Assembly (NCBI GenBank): GCA_050575255.1 | Contig: JBNZDD010013695.1 | Span: forward strand, 6,320,248-6,384,247 | Reading direction: 5' to 3' | Source: Harriotta raleighana | Lineage: Eukaryota | Length of the DNA: 64,000 bases | Shown: positions 12,451 through 26,910 of the stretch, in pieces | Numbering within the stretch: position 1 is the stretch's first letter | Layout: the number at the start of each line of letters is the position of its first letter | Made by a program: the position numbers and the translations under genes | Notes under the pieces: model-generated | Told to the model about the DNA's origin: nothing | What the model saw: the letters and a program-made list of their open reading frames with translations, nothing else | Databases searched by the model: none

Positions 12451-15400
12451 TTAGTTACTGGATGATCAGCGCTGTGTGAGTGAGTGTGTGTGAGAGTGAA
12501 TGAGTGTGTGTGAGAGAGAGTGAGTGTGTGCTCACACCCTTACACCCCTAGCTTTATTCAGAAAAACAGCCACATATCAAATAGCAAATAGACTGGCAAC
12601 AAAGAGGATTTTGTTATTGACTAAAAAAAAACTCAGCGCTTCAAACAAAAAAGGGAAACAGAGAAGCATGATTGGAAGCAGATTATCTCTCTGCGTGGGG
12701 TTGAGTTTCTGGTCTCCAGCCCAATCAATAGGGTTTAACATACTATAGTCTATCGATCAACTTTAACTTCTCTTTGATTCTTTCTCTATTGAGAAAGTTG
12801 AGTAAGCTTCCTTACTCCACACCCACGCCTCTGTTAGCTTAGCAGTAAGCAAGAAACCTGTTTGTTAGTCGAGCGCCAAATCGCTTTCCTGGGGGGTAAT
12901 AATCCCTCCATGATACAGAAAAATTAAAATGAAGAATAGTATTTTAAAAATTGGTCACTCAATTGGTCACTGGCCCACAAAATACAGTCTATTCAACATT
13001 ACAGAATATTCTGTGAAGTGCTTTGAGACATCTCTAAAATATGATACAGCACTGTATCAAAATGCAGGGATTATTATTATTTATTATTATGGTTATACAG
13101 TATTATGATCCAAAAGATATTATTATGAACTAGAAATCTCCGAGCTTTCAACAAAAGAATAAACAGAGAAGCGTGACTGTGAGCAGATTATCTCTCTGTG
13201 TGAGGGTTGAGTTTCTGGTTTCCAATCTGATCAATAAGCTTTTAAGCATCATGAATGCTACCCTAAGTGAGGAGCGCTATATAAATACAAGTTGTTCTTG
13301 TTGTTGTATAGCCCGCAGGCTCTCCCGAGTAAGTGGCTACAGCTGTAGACAGCCTCTCTGTCAACCCTGCAAAGGCCACTTGTTCTGTCACACACTCAAA
13401 ACAGGAACTTCAATAGTGACCTAAATACAATCTCAGCTTCCAATAGAAAGCTTTCTGTCCATGATTGTCGCCTCGGGAAACCACTCCTCAAATGTTACCG
13501 TTAAAAGATAACAGATCCTCATCACGGGACAGAGGAGCCTTCAGGACACTTGGCAGAGGGGACAGGTTGGCTGTCAAGCCTCTCGCTGGGTCTCTCACAC
13601 CCCTTCGGCCTGGGGCAATGGGTCTGGGGTCACACCAGGGATTCCCACACACTGAGCAATCGGTTTCAGGCGATCCAATCAGAAGAGCCCGGGCAGCGTG
13701 CACAAACCATAAACTCTTTATTAAGAGACAGTGACGTTTACCTAAAATAACTTCGCCGAGCGCCAACAATGGGAGGGATGAACATTGAGCGAGGAGTGGG
13801 AGGGACAAGAGATCTAAGCAAATAACATTTACACAGCACCTCTCACATCGGGAGGACGTCCCCAGGCGCTGGACAGTCGGGGAGATGGACCCGACCTGGG
13901 GGGAATCTGGGATAAAACAACACAAGATAAGAACGGGGTAAAAAGCTCACAATTTATTCCATTAACATGTGGTATTTTATGCTAAAATTATTTTAAGAAC
14001 GGCAGGTTTCAACATGATACAGGAAGAGGGAGAGCGTGTGTGGCTCAGAAGAAGGGGAGCTCAGGAGAGGAAAAGAAAGAGAATGGTAATGAGCCTGGTT
14101 GTGTCAAGAGAAGAAAAATACGAATTACGATCATAATACTTTGGTCAATGCACGACTGTTTATGGGATGCTGCTGTGCACAATTGGCTGCTGCGTTTCGC
14201 CCACAAAATATACACTCAATTCACTTTATGATGTTTTCCGTGAAGCACTTTGAAACATCTAGAAGACGTGATGAAAAAACACAAACACAAAGATTCTTCT
14301 TATTCTTGTTGATAAAAAACAAGTTGGGTTTGGAGAGAGTCGGGGGCCAGAAGTGAAGAGAGACTCTTCTGTTGCATGATGAAGATTTGTGTACGTGTGT
14401 GAGTGTGTGTGTGTGTTTGCGAGCGAGGCTGAGACTTACTGGTTAGCAGATGGCTCTGAATTGTGTGGGATTGTTATCTTGACAGAATCTGAAGAACCAA
14501 CATTATATTCTCTCTGAATTAATTTGTTGACTGAATCTCTTCTCCCCTTCCCTGTCCTCTCCTGCCCTCCCCTCCCCCCAGCTGGCTCCCCTCCCCTGCC
14601 CTCCCCAGCAGGAATGCAGTTTTCAGTGGTTTTCCCAGAGCAGTTTGGTCAGGAGGATTTCTTTATTATAAATTTTTAAAAAACACAAACCACCAATTGA
14701 CTAACAACCAGGTTCCTATTCGCTGCTAGGTAAACAGAGGTGTGTGGAGTAAGGAAATTTGCCAAATGCCCTGCCTGGGAATTGAACCCAGGTCCTCTCG
14801 CTTGTGTGGGCGAGAATTCTAACCACTGAGCTACAGGACTCCAGTAGACACATAACCACATTCTTTTTGGATTGGTGATGGGTTTCCGCATTGTCTGTAG
14901 CCAAATAGGTTCCCAGGGCACATCGTGGAAGCCTCAAAGCTTCTTATCGACAGGTAGATTACCTCTCGCTTTCTCCTCGCGTCAGGCCTGCCTCCTCACG
15001 ACCTGATGATTCACTCACACTTCAACCTCTTTCACACACATCACAAGTGGCTGTTTCACAAATGTGACAAATTAGACAGTGAAAGGAAGTCACAGTTGAT
15101 ACTGCCAACACTTGGTAAATATTGCGCATTATACATACCTCAGTGTTCCCTTTCTCTCTGTTAAAACCTTCCAGCCATTGCTTCAACCATTGGTTTATTT
15201 GATCCACAGCACATTCCCTTTGTGTTTATTCCTATTGGTCACACAATTTAGTCGTCAGCCCTTTTTATAATAGAACAAGAAGTGATTATCCCCAGCCTGA
15301 CAAACAGCCTGACCCTGAGCAACACTCTGTGTGTCACCTGTTTGCCGTTTCACTTTCCTATGTCAAGACTTTTGCTCTAGTCAGATTTCCAATTAAATGC

Positions 15401-15599
15401 CATTTGCGTCTGATTAGAATAATAAGAAACCATAGCATTAAAATGATCCAGGCCAAACTGGTGGCAGCTTCCTTCCCCACAATATTGAGCTGACTGCTCC
15501 AATCCCAGGACCTTACTCTTTTCTGTTGATCTTTATGATCTTCCTCTTCTAATCACCAGAATCCTGGGCAATTCAGCAGTGTCCACTGGCCATTGTGTT

Positions 15600-15935
15600 G
15601 AGATAATCCTTGCGTTCAATATAGCGCCTTATCACGTCGTTGAGACGACTCAAAGCGCTTCACAGACTATACTGTCAAGTGAATTGACTGTGTATTTTCA
15701 TTTTGTGGGCGAAACGCAGCAGCCAATTGCATACAGCGGTGTCCCACAAACAGCCGTGGATTGAGTGACAGCATTTTTTAAAGGGATTATTGCACCCAGA
15801 AAGTGATCCACCAATTGATTAACAACTGGGTGCTTTCTTACTGCTAGGTAAACAGAAGTGTGTGGTCTAAGGTAACTTGCCTAACGTTTCACCCTGCCCT
15901 TCTCTCTTGCGAGCGAGCACTCTAACCACAACGGT
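15600..15935 (-). mobile_element. SINE copy, same family
   Basis: Reverse-complement body and tail. Confidence 0.82.
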
Positions 15936-18632
15936 TTGGAGTTGTTTCATTGCTTCATCAGGAGAGAGAAAGGGCTTCCTTCCCACTGATAGTCCTGTTT
16001 GTAATTTGTTCAGACACTCACTTTCCTTGTTAGCCGCAGAATGCCGCTTATGTAATGAATGTGTGATGTAACTTTCACATTGCAAGACGAAAAAATATTC
16101 ATCAGATGGCAAGATGGGAGCATGTTTATCAGACAGAGTAGAATAAACAGACCTGTCCACAAAACAGCTTGTGTTTGTTTGGCAGAAATATTCCCTTATC
16201 AAGAATCGGTTGAAATGGAATTGACAGTCTAACAGGAAGGGCAGGGGAATAATAGAGACTGTACAAAGAGCACCACGTCACATTAACATTAACATGAACA
16301 TAAAGAGAGTGTTTGATTTACTGTTACTGCGCTGAGGAGAATTAGCCAGGCCGTAAAGCTCCATCAGGTCAGCCAGCCTGCTCTTAAATTAAAATAAATC
16401 AACATCTGGGTTTCTAAATGACATATCACTCCCAGCACCAAATAATATCTGAATGAATAGTGAAGCAGGAAGCGGTGACAACTGGCTCGAACAAGGAGAC
16501 AAAAGGCATGACTCGTATTGGCTGAGACCTAACAGCGTTTGGTCTTCTGAAGCTCCTTTAAACTCCTACAATGGGAATATGGACCCAATGTTCCTGACGT
16601 CCAGGAATGGCAAGCTATGTGGTCTCATTTGGTTAGCCTCTGGACTGAATCATGTCATTGAGAAGTGCCGGACAGCAAATACTGGAAAGTGAATTGACTG
16701 TGTGGGCAAAACGCAACAGCCAATCGCGCAGAGTGGGTGTTTCCTGGCAGTTTCCGTGCTGTGTTTGTGACCTGTCATTTCGCTCACTTGCTGTGCACTC
16801 CTCACTACCAAAGGTCACACAGCAACATTTCTGCCATGTAAGTTTGGGCAAATAATCATTATTCCCAAGCGATTCCCTGATGCTCAGACTCGCTGTGTCT
16901 CTCTCCCCTCCCTCACTGTCAGCCACGCACTATTACATCAGAACGGTCCTGTTAAACAGAAGAAAGTGTGGATTGAGAGAAATTGGCTATTCATTCCATT
17001 TCCTTCAACATAATCTCTACCTATCATACCTCCCTCCCTCCCCTACTCCCTCCCACATGCTCACTGCCCCACCCACCCTCACCCACTTGGCAGTTGACCT
17101 GAGACCTAGCACGTCCTGGGACAGCTAATGCCCGGAATCTCCAATCCCGTCAGATTCCCCCAGGGAGGGAATGCTGGGCTCCCCTCCACGGTGTGAGGCC
17201 CATTGTATTCCTCACCGGTGAGGAACCATAGCAACAACCATCCACTGCTCATAACTAGGTCGTTCTTCACAGTTATTCTTTCCAGAATTTTCTGAATATC
17301 AAACATAAGTTGAGAGAAAAAACAAATCCTAAAGCAGACAGTCAGCCTGGCTTAGCATTGGTCACATCCCAGAGACACCGCAAAGCGCTGTATGAGACTG
17401 AAACTTGAATTGATAAACAAGGCTATTTTCCTGTCTGAAGAACTCTCGCTGCATTTTCTGGGTTGTAATAAACGCTGCATTACAACATTCCACTGACTGA
17501 CAAGATCATCATCATCATCATCACACAACTGTTGAATCTGAAATTGTAAATGCATTTAAAAAGGAATTGGATAAGTGATGGAAGAGATGGGAGAATATAG
17601 AGAGAGTGGGGAATGGGGTTAGAGATAGAGAGCTCCAGTGGGGGAGCGAGCACCAACACAGATACGATGGGGAGAGAGAGAGCAAGAGAGAACAGGGGAA
17701 TGGGATTAGAGAAGAGAGATAATTTTATGAGTAAACACTTGTGAAGCAGAATGAAGTGCCCTTTCATTACATAACCACACAGATTTCTGCAGAAATTGCC
17801 AGAGTGTCGCTTGCCAGTTTTCAGATGATTGTGATCATTATATGTAAATTTCCTGAGGTTCCCGCATTGTGAAGTGGGTGTGCTTTACGAAGTTAACACA
17901 AGATACATACACTACATATAACCCACAGCGTTTCGGGATGTCTTTAGGTGAATAATAATCTCTTCATTTCAACTGATCTAAAAAACAAATCTAGGTAGAT
18001 TTGGTAGTGACTGCCCAGCAAGGCAAAGCTTGCAAGACAGCGCTCTCAATGGCAAACTCAATTACACTCCAACTGTTACTCCAAATCATACGCTGGACTC
18101 CCCCACAAGCCTTAGTTCTCGCCAACCTGCACCTCATACTCTCTGGAATTAGGTAAGGAGGATGCGTCCCAGAGATGGAGAGCACATCCCATTCCAACAA
18201 TCTCTCTCTGACATTTCCATATGTAGACGGGATGCGTGGAAATCGCAGTTGGGTTTGCAGACTCTTAAGCAACAGTGATGGGTTTCCGTATGTGTCAGAC
18301 ACCTGACTGGGCACAAAAAAACATGCTCCTCTGTATGGATGGCAGGGCAGGTGAGTGCTTGCTTGAGTTATCACAGGGACCTCTGATCCTGGCACCTTAA
18401 CCAGAGGAGAACACAGGTAGATAAAGGCTGGAGCAATGGATGACTTCTGTACTGTACTGATCTGTACATCTGAACTTCCCAAGGTCTCAATCACAGTGAT
18501 CTAGTCACCAATGGGCAAGTTCAGATCCGAAGCACTGGCTGTCCAGCGCCATGGGACATCCTCCTGACGTGAAAGGCACTAAACATAAATGTAATCTTGT
18601 TGTTGTTGTGCTCCTGATATTCTGCTTCTAGA

Positions 18633-18800
18633 ATCATAGAATCTTACAGCACAGAAAGAGGCCATTCGACCCATGGTGCCTCCACCTGCTCTTTGAAAAG
18701 AGCTGCCAACGATTCCCCACTCGCCCCATACCTCTTAACCCAGAGCCCTGCAAAAAAAAATTCCTTTCCAAATACAAATGCAATTGGCTTTTGAGTAGCT
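18633..18800 (-). mobile_element. CR1 3' tail
   Basis: CATAGAATCTTACAGCACAGAAAGAGGCCATTCGACCCAT signature. Confidence 0.7.
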
Positions 18801-19249
18801 GTTGTTTTGATCTACAATCTTTGCTGTGGTTTGAGTGAAGATTTACCTTTTTTCCATGGCCAAGGAAGCAATAAACAGCTGGCGATGTAGTGCCTTCCCA
18901 CAAGGGATTAGCAGCTGAAGTGTGACGGGGGCACAATATGAGAGTGAGTTATAACCATGAATGACACATCACACCCACGAGCACTCTGGCTCTGGAGCAG
19001 GAAGGAGGCTGTGGCTATTAACGGGAATTTCACCTTGTTCTTTTCTCCCATCTCAGCAGAATCGGCCCAACATCCTGAACGTTTACATCCAGTGATTTTC
19101 TTTTTTCATTAACAGGCGGCTGATTTTCATTGAAAATCACAAATTCAATAGTAATAATCTCTCCCATCCTAAAAATCCAGAGATATCCAAATTAACCAGT
19201 ATTTGTGTTAAACAAATGGCCTTATAAATGGATTATGATCTTCAATGGG

Positions 19250-19602
19250 TCACAGTGGAGCGGTTAGAGTATTTGGCTCGCAAACGAGTGGACCTGGTTT
19301 CGATTCCCAGGCTGGGCAAAACCATAGACAAGTTTCCTTACTTCACACACTCCTGTTTACAGCAGGAAGTAAGAACCCGGTTGTAAGTCCAGCAGCAGAT
19401 CGCTTTCCAGGGTAATAATCCCTTCAACAAAATAATAATACTGTAATTTAGTCACTCTGTCCATGAGTGATTGTGGAAAACTGCTGTGCACAATTGGCTA
19501 CCACGTTTCACCCACAAAATATACAGTCAATTCACTTTACCGTGGATCCTGTGAAGTTTTACTAATGTGATAAGGCATTGTATCAAATGAGAGGATTATT
19601 AT
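19250..19602 (+). mobile_element. SINE copy, same family
   Basis: Head, body and tail recognisable. Confidence 0.82.
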
Positions 19603-21734
19603 AAGGAACATCTAGTGCCAGACACCGAAAGAAAAGGGTAGCAGAGCCACACTGATTCTGTGATAGAATCACCACGGATTAGAGCTTTCAACATGGTGTT
19701 GATGGGCTTTGTCAACAGCTGCAGTTGGATATCGCACCAGACACTAACAAGAAACATCAGACGCCTTTGAAGATTCAGAGAAAGTTGTGGCTAATTAGCT
19801 GGTAAATTGGATGAATTCTGTAGTTGAGAGCAAGGCAGTTACATAGCATACAAGGAGCTGGGTGTCTGTCTGTGTGTGTGTTTCCAGGGGTTGTGTGTGC
19901 ACTGCGAGATAGAGAAGAGCAAATATTGGTGTAGCTTTTACTAAAGATTGTGACTGTGATATTGTAACTATCCCCCAGTGACTGAGGGAAGAAGATTTTT
20001 TTTGCTCATTTGTTTTATTTCCAATTTTCTCCTTCATTCAGGAACGAGATGCTTTTTTTGCGTCCCCTAAGGTGATTGTCAGCTGGGGATGTGATGAATC
20101 TCTGCCGCTCCTCTATGTTCCTGAGCCCCGCAGAGGCAGAGTTGTTTAAATTGATCTTTATTTCAAACCTAATCACCAATCTGCGCAACATCTTAGAGCA
20201 CCACAGAGACTGAACCACGGAACGTGTAACTTATCTTAACGTGTAACATGCATTCAGCAACATTTCTTTCCCATCCATGGTCCCAAATACACCTTGTGGA
20301 ACAGAGTCAGTGAGTTACCAGAAGGGAAGGTTGCACCCGGTGTTCTACTGCTGCTGCTCACTGTTTACTGTGAATTAATTAGCTTGTAAGTAAGCAGCAA
20401 CATGCAAGCTTCATCTAATTACTCCTCTTAATTGTTTACTAGGCACCAGTTCTGAGAGAGCTTAGCGTTGAATGTTTCTTCTGACTTAAATGGAGACACT
20501 TGTTCTACTTAAACAGAGCTTAAACGTTATTAGAAGCTCTCACTGTGACCCGGGAATGTTGACGGACAACATTAGCAGGAGCTTTACTGCGTTATTTTTT
20601 GTTTTTATGCACTGGTATAAGAGGTGATGCACTGACGGACATTCTGGTGAAATAAATTGTGATTAAGAGAGAAACTGTGGCCCAGTATTAGCCACAACCC
20701 TGACCTAGATCCCAGATGTTTTCTGCCTTAGGTATCAATAATTCAGATCTCATCTGTTGCCTGAATCCCTCATAACCCTGAGAAAGTCTTTTATTTTTAG
20801 CCTATCTAGCACTGAGGTTCCCTGGTTGATACTAGTTGGTGAATGTATTACCCAGTGTGGGACTGAACTGATCAATCTTTCCCTGGAAAATCTTCTGTTT
20901 AGGCTGGGATCTGTTGTTAGCGGATCTCTGTAGCATAGAATTGTACAGTGGCTTTCACTTAAAATTTTCCGCCATCGTGTTTTTAGGGATAATTATCTCA
21001 TGTTTTAGCTCTTGAATCACTGATACTGACAGTTTGACCAATGTAGGAATATGACATGTACGAAAAAGTATTTTTTTTTCCCCCAGGAAGTTTGTAAGAG
21101 TTAAATAAATGTTGGGTTTCATTTGCTATTTCAGGTTGGTCACAGCAGGTAATGGGTGGGCAGGGTTTGTTTGTCATTGACACACTCTCCCGATGGACTG
21201 GTTGGTATAGTCAAACCTCACAGTGAAACAGAAGCTCACAGGCCAACCACTGCTGGACAAACACAAACATCTGTAAACAATGACTGATGTTTTAACTGGA
21301 GGAATCACACATCACTCCTCCCTACCCCTTACTCTCAGGCAAGTCAAAGCCAGTGAGCTGGTAGCACTATTTCCTCCATTGTCAGCACTGTGTGTCACTC
21401 TCCTGTGGTGCTCATGATCAGACTCATTTATGAATGGTGTGTGTATCTAAAAAATAATCAGACGTTAATACAAAAACAACAAAAAATCCGCTCGCTCAAG
21501 GCTGGAGTTGCCCCGAGCTTAGACCAGTGGAAACCCAGCATCAGTCACGCTGCCCAGAGTGAAATAAGTCCCAGTCCCAAATCTGGTCAGGGCTTTGATT
21601 GATGAGACTAAACCAGGTGAGTGGACACTCCAGGTGACATGAATTTCTGATCTAACACTTCCCTTTTGGCAGTGAGTTGTGGTTTCACCGTTCTCCGTAG
21701 CCCCACAGCAACTGCCACCAGCCAGGAGATAAGC

Positions 21735-22250
21735 AGAACATAAGAATTAGGAGGAGTAGGGCATTTTGGCCTCTCGAGTCTGCCCGCCATTAAATAAGAT
21801 CATTGCTGATCTTCTAATCTAACTCCACCTGTCCGCCTTATCTCCATATCCCCTAATCCCTTTATCCATAAGAACTCTTTCAATCTCAGTCTTGAATATG
21901 TTCAAGCTCTGAACAGCTACAGCCTTTTGGGGTAGAGAATTCCATAAATTCACTACCCTCTGAGTGAAGAAGTTTTTCCTCAACTCTGTGCGAAAAGACT
22001 GGCCCCTGATCTTAAAACTATGACCCTTAGTTTTCGATTCTCCAAACAGGGGAAACATATCCTCATGGCTCAACCCCCTTATCCCAGAAACCACCAAGTA
22101 AATCTACACTGCATCCTCTCTCAATGCGAGTATGTTCTTTCTTAAATAAGGAGACAAAAACTGCACAAAATATTCTAGGTGCAGTCTCACCAAGGCCTTA
22201 TACAGTTGCAGTAAAACCTCCCTACTCTTATATTCTAACCCCTTTGTAAG
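21735..22250 (-). mobile_element. CR1 LINE 3' fragment
   Basis: LLQLYKALVR.HLEY.VQF.SPYLRK and FFTQRVVNLWNSLP...FKTEIE...GIRGYG motifs; CR1 tail. Confidence 0.92.
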
Positions 22251-22784
22251 AGTGAGTGAAACAGAATGTAAAACTGCTTCCCATTGAATGTTCCCCCTCA
22301 ATGATCACTTTCCAGGCAAGGACAAGCCATCTCCTTGTGGCTGAAATGAATCCTATTCACAGTCCATCCACTGGACCCCTGTATAATTACTGTTAACATT
22401 CCTTATCTCTCTCGCTGTTGGGCCACATCACTGTGCACTTTCTAATGAAGTTGCTTTGGTTGGAGTGATTTTTTTTGTGTGGCTTCTGAGAATAAAGGGG
22501 TGGTTACAATAAAGGTGACACCTTTTCCCACCCTCCCTATCATTCTCCTTTAAGTAACGTCATCGTGGCCATATTACCCCAGAGGATACTATCTTGCTTT
22601 CTCTCACTTTGAATCCTTTGAGAAACTGCTGGAAAGCAGGCTGGGCCAAGAAACTAAATGGTTTTAGACCTTTTATAGTTATTAAATAAGCAGTGATTTG
22701 TGCCACAAAGTAGACAGTTCCTCTACCCCAGGATAGCTTCCCTGTACAAATCTGCGCTTAAGTGAAAGAATCAATGGATTCACA

Positions 22785-22790
22785 TTTATT
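22785..22790 (-). terminator. Candidate ARSI polyadenylation signal AATAAA
   Basis: tttatt on plus strand, about 350 nt after the stop codon. Confidence 0.5.
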
Positions 22791-23140
22791 TACCCAAAGA
22801 AACAGCTCGTTCCAACCAACAAATCTGATGTTTATCTCTAACGGAGTCCCCCACAGTCTCACACCGCTGTCTCTCTCTGTCTCTCGCTCACATCATCCAT
22901 TTACCCATCAATGTAGTATATTAGTTGCAAACCGGATTTTGCTGAATGAATTGGAATGTCGATTTGTGGAAAAATCCCGTCAGTAAATCGGCTGGAGAAA
23001 AATAAACACATCGCAAAGGAATTTCACTGGGAATTTCTCAATGGATACAAAGGGATCCAGTTTGCTGATACAGTAACACAAATCAGAGCCCAAGGCTTCC
23101 GGTTTAAAGATCTTTTCCTCATCCTCGGGCTCAGCAAAGC

Positions 23141-24536
23141 TCAGATCCTGTTTGACATGATCCTGGTGTTCAGTTTCTTAAAGAAGGATCGCAGTTTACA
23201 GATTTTACAGCCTTTTTTCTTCCTCTTGGTCTTGGCTACGTACTTCTGCTCGATCTCCGCCTCCTCCTCGCTGGCCCATGGCCCCCAAGCACCCCCATGC
23301 AGCTCAGGGTTAGCCCGGGGGTCCTCAGGGGGGTAGCGCACGGGAATGGATGTCTCATGGTAATGGGCCAGTCTGGCCAGGAGCCTCTTGACCACGTCAG
23401 GCCGCGAGTCGGAGAGGTCAAAGCGCTCATACGGGTCACCGGTCACGTTGAACAGCCAGACCGACTTCTTAACCCTGCTCCTCAGCCTCTCCAGGTTCCA
23501 CCAGCTGCCGGGGAAGTTGGGCAACATCTGTGGTGGGATCCAGTCGCTGTGGCCCGGATCTCCGGTCATGAGTTTCCAGTTGCCCACCCTGATGGAAGCC
23601 TGGACCGCCGTGTTCCAGATGTCAAAACCATCCTCCCAGGAACCGTACTTGGCCTGACTGTACAGGGGGTCGATGTTGTGCAGGATCTCGGTTCGTGGCG
23701 ATCTCTTGCCCTCGCTGATCGTTGACCACAGATCGTAACCGTCCAGCGGTGGCGACACAGTGAGGTTGCCCTGGGCGAGAGAGACCAGGGTCGGGTACCA
23801 GTCGGTGATGTGCACCAGGGATTTACTCACTCTTCGTTTCTTCTTAATCAGGGGGCTGTGGACGAAGCCAATCCCTCGTATCCCACCTTCCCAATAGGTC
23901 CCCTTCCGCCCTCGGAGAGGCCAGTTACTGCCCCCAGAGAAAGGCTGGCCCCCATTGTCGGTGGAGAAGATGATGATGCTGTTTTTGTAATACCCGTATT
24001 TCTTGAGGGCCAACGTGATGTTCTTAATGGCTTCATCCATGCAGGTCACCATAGCCGCGTACTTCCTGCGAGACACATTGCCCAGGGACCTGTACTGGTA
24101 AATGTATTCCTTTGGGGACTGCAGGGGAGTGTGCACTGCCTGGAAGGCCAGGTAGATAAACAGGGGCACCTTGGGATTGTGAGAGGCCAAGAGTTTGCTG
24201 ACGCGCTGAGCGTACAGAGAGGTCGAGTACTTCCCGCTGTGCTCCCAGGCCACGTTCTCACCGTCGTGCAGGTCGAAGCCACAAACTCCTGGCCCGTCAC
24301 AGTTGTCGTACGTGTAGTAGTCGGTGCTGCCGGTCAGCGTGCCGAAGAAGGTGTCAAAGCCACGTCTGGTGGGCAGGCAATCCTTCTTGTAGAAGCCCAG
24401 ATGCCACTTGCCCACCATGTGGGTGGAGTAACCGGCCTCCTGTAGCTTCTGCGGCAGGGTGACCTGATCCAGTGGTAAGCAGTTGGGTTGTCTGGGTCTG
24501 ATGATAGAGTGTTGGAGACCAGTGTGGATCTGGTAC
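23141..24536 (-). CDS. ARSI: Arylsulfatase I, coding exon 2; spliced CDS 1704 nt, 567 aa
   Basis: TTTTCCCAG|G acceptor restores R-YQIHTGLQ; contains GKWHLG and STDNGG; C-terminus [21 protein letters not shown] is ARSI-type; two-exon structure and synteny. Confidence 0.96.
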
Positions 24537-26489
24537 CTGGGAAAACCCCAAACAACACAGTCAGCGTCACGTACAGAACAGGTAGAGGGGCAGTCATTAC
24601 TTTGATTTATTTATACAGCATCAGAATAATGCCCTGGGATTTCCTAACCAGAGGCAATGATTTGTTCAACTATTAGACAGAGGAAAATTATTCCCATTAA
24701 CCTGGATGATGATAATAATAAATCATGCATTTGATATAGAGCTTTTCCCATATTCTAAAGCGCTTCACAGAATATACTGTAAAATGAATTGACTGTATTT
24801 TATGAGTGAAACAAGGCAGCCAATTGCACACAGCAGCATCTCACAAACAGTCATGGATTGAATGACTTTTTTGAGCAATGTTACCCTCGGAAAGCAATCC
24901 ACGAATCGACTAACAACCGGGTTCCTACTTACTGCTAGGCTTGTGTGCGGAGTAAGGAAACTTACCTGAGGTTTCACATCCTGCTGTCCCCTCGGCCTGG
25001 AGACATAGACCAGCATTTTACATTCACAAAACATTGGCAATTACCGATCACCGGCTCAGTGCTGCCGGGACCAGGGGCTGCTGTTACTGTGCACCAGCCT
25101 CAAAAGTGATCAGTGATGATTTCCTCCCAGTCGTGACATTCCCCCCCCCCCTCCCAGGCGGGAAAATACATTCACAGCTTCCCTGACAGCTCAAATTCCT
25201 ATTAAACATCTATTATTAGCAGTGATTCTATTTGGCTGCAATTACAGCTTGGAATCTGCGCTGGACGGAGCACTGGGTGTGAGAGATGTGCCTCTGATCA
25301 CTGTAAACTCCTCTCAGATTAGCTCCCAGTGGACCTGAGGGGAGAGACACAGACCTGGGGGCTGCTCACTCACCATCAGAGCATCTTTTAATTGAAATAA
25401 CGTGCGCAGCAATAATGAGTGTCCTGCCGAAGTAATCTAAGGTTTTTTTTTATTTACTGGGTTTTCACCTCCCAGAACTCACCCCTCGTTTCCCAGCGAC
25501 CTCCTGCTTGAATACTTCGCTCTGAGCCACAAAATGGAATCAAAGTTCATTTGAAGAAGGTGGAACCTTTCAGCCAGACGTCTAGTAAAACCCTGCTTTA
25601 GGCCACAAAGCCCTGAACTCAGTAACACTCTCCCTCGATCGTCTCCACCTTCCTCATCTTCAGGTTGGAGCCTGCAGAACTTCCTATTCGACCATTGACT
25701 ACAGTCACCTCCCAACCCCTCCCCCACGCACTCCATCCCCATCAAGTTGTGGTTGTAAACGGGTGGCACTGAGGCTGAGAAACTCACTGACTAGAACTAT
25801 TATTATTATTATTAATACACAATAATAGAAATTGGTCATTTCAATTATGTTTGTGGGACATTGCTGTGCGCAATATCTGTTTGTGAGACATTGCTGTGTG
25901 CAATTGGCTGCCAAGTTTTGCCCACAAATATAGTCAATTCACTTTACAGTATATTCTGCGAAGTGCTCCGAGACATCGATAAGATGTGGAAAGTGTTATA
26001 TCAAATGCAAGAATTATTATTAACTACATCTACTAGCTCTGACTGAAATAGCGCTGTCAATTGTTTCCCTTGTCCTGAGCACCAGCACAGTCACAACACA
26101 CTGAATGGCATAACTTCTGTGCTGGGATGGAGGCAATGCAATGCTCCAAACAGCACTGTCCAGCACTTGTTTATCTGTTTCCATCGATGGAATGTCATGG
26201 AGATGTCTCCTCTGTCGGTGCCTTAAAAGTCACATCTGCACAGAATCACATGAGGACAGAGCGAGAGGCCAGAGTGGCTCAGAGAGAGAGAGCGTTCAGG
26301 GACACAATTAGCTGCATGCTTCAGAATGTGAGCCAACTCCCAGGTGCACGCTGAGCAGCCAACACTCTCCTCTCAGGCTCTGTAAACTCAAAACTCAAAG
26401 CCAACAAAACTCTCCTGGTAACTATCAACAACCTCCTCTTTGGTGCACATTTCTCTCCTGTGGTTCTTAACTCTTTCTAAAGCCTGTGC

Positions 26490-26910
26490 AGTCCAACAGC
26501 TTAGTGGTTAGGGCACTCACCTTCCCTCACAAGTGAGAGGATCCAGTTTTGAGGCACAGTGAAACATTGGATCAACAAGAAAGTTACATTTGTATAGTGC
26601 ATTTCACATCGGGAGGACGTCCCAAGGCGCTGGGTCAGTTTCTTTACCAGTTTCTTTACTCCACACGCATCTGTTTACTGAGCAGTAATTAGGAAGCCCC
26701 TTGTTAGTCGATTGGAGGATCGCTTTCCGGGAGTATAATCCCTTCAAAAATAATAATAGTAATAATTTGGTCATTCAATCCACGACTTTTATGGGACAGT
26801 TTTGCCGACAAAACGTACAGTCAATTCATTTTACAGAACATCCTGCAAAGAGCTTTGAGACAATGTGAAGACGAGATAAGGCTATACATCAAATGCAAGG
26901 ATAATTATTA
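26490..26910 (+). mobile_element. SINE copy with an inverted L2-type tail inserted at about 26575-26632
   Basis: Family consensus interrupted by TTACATTTGTATAGTGC..CGGGAGGACGTCCCAAGGCGCT. Confidence 0.75.

Noticed and set aside
23297-24445. Plus-strand ORFs of 142 and 211 aa
   Set aside because: Antisense shadows of the GC-rich ARSI exon.
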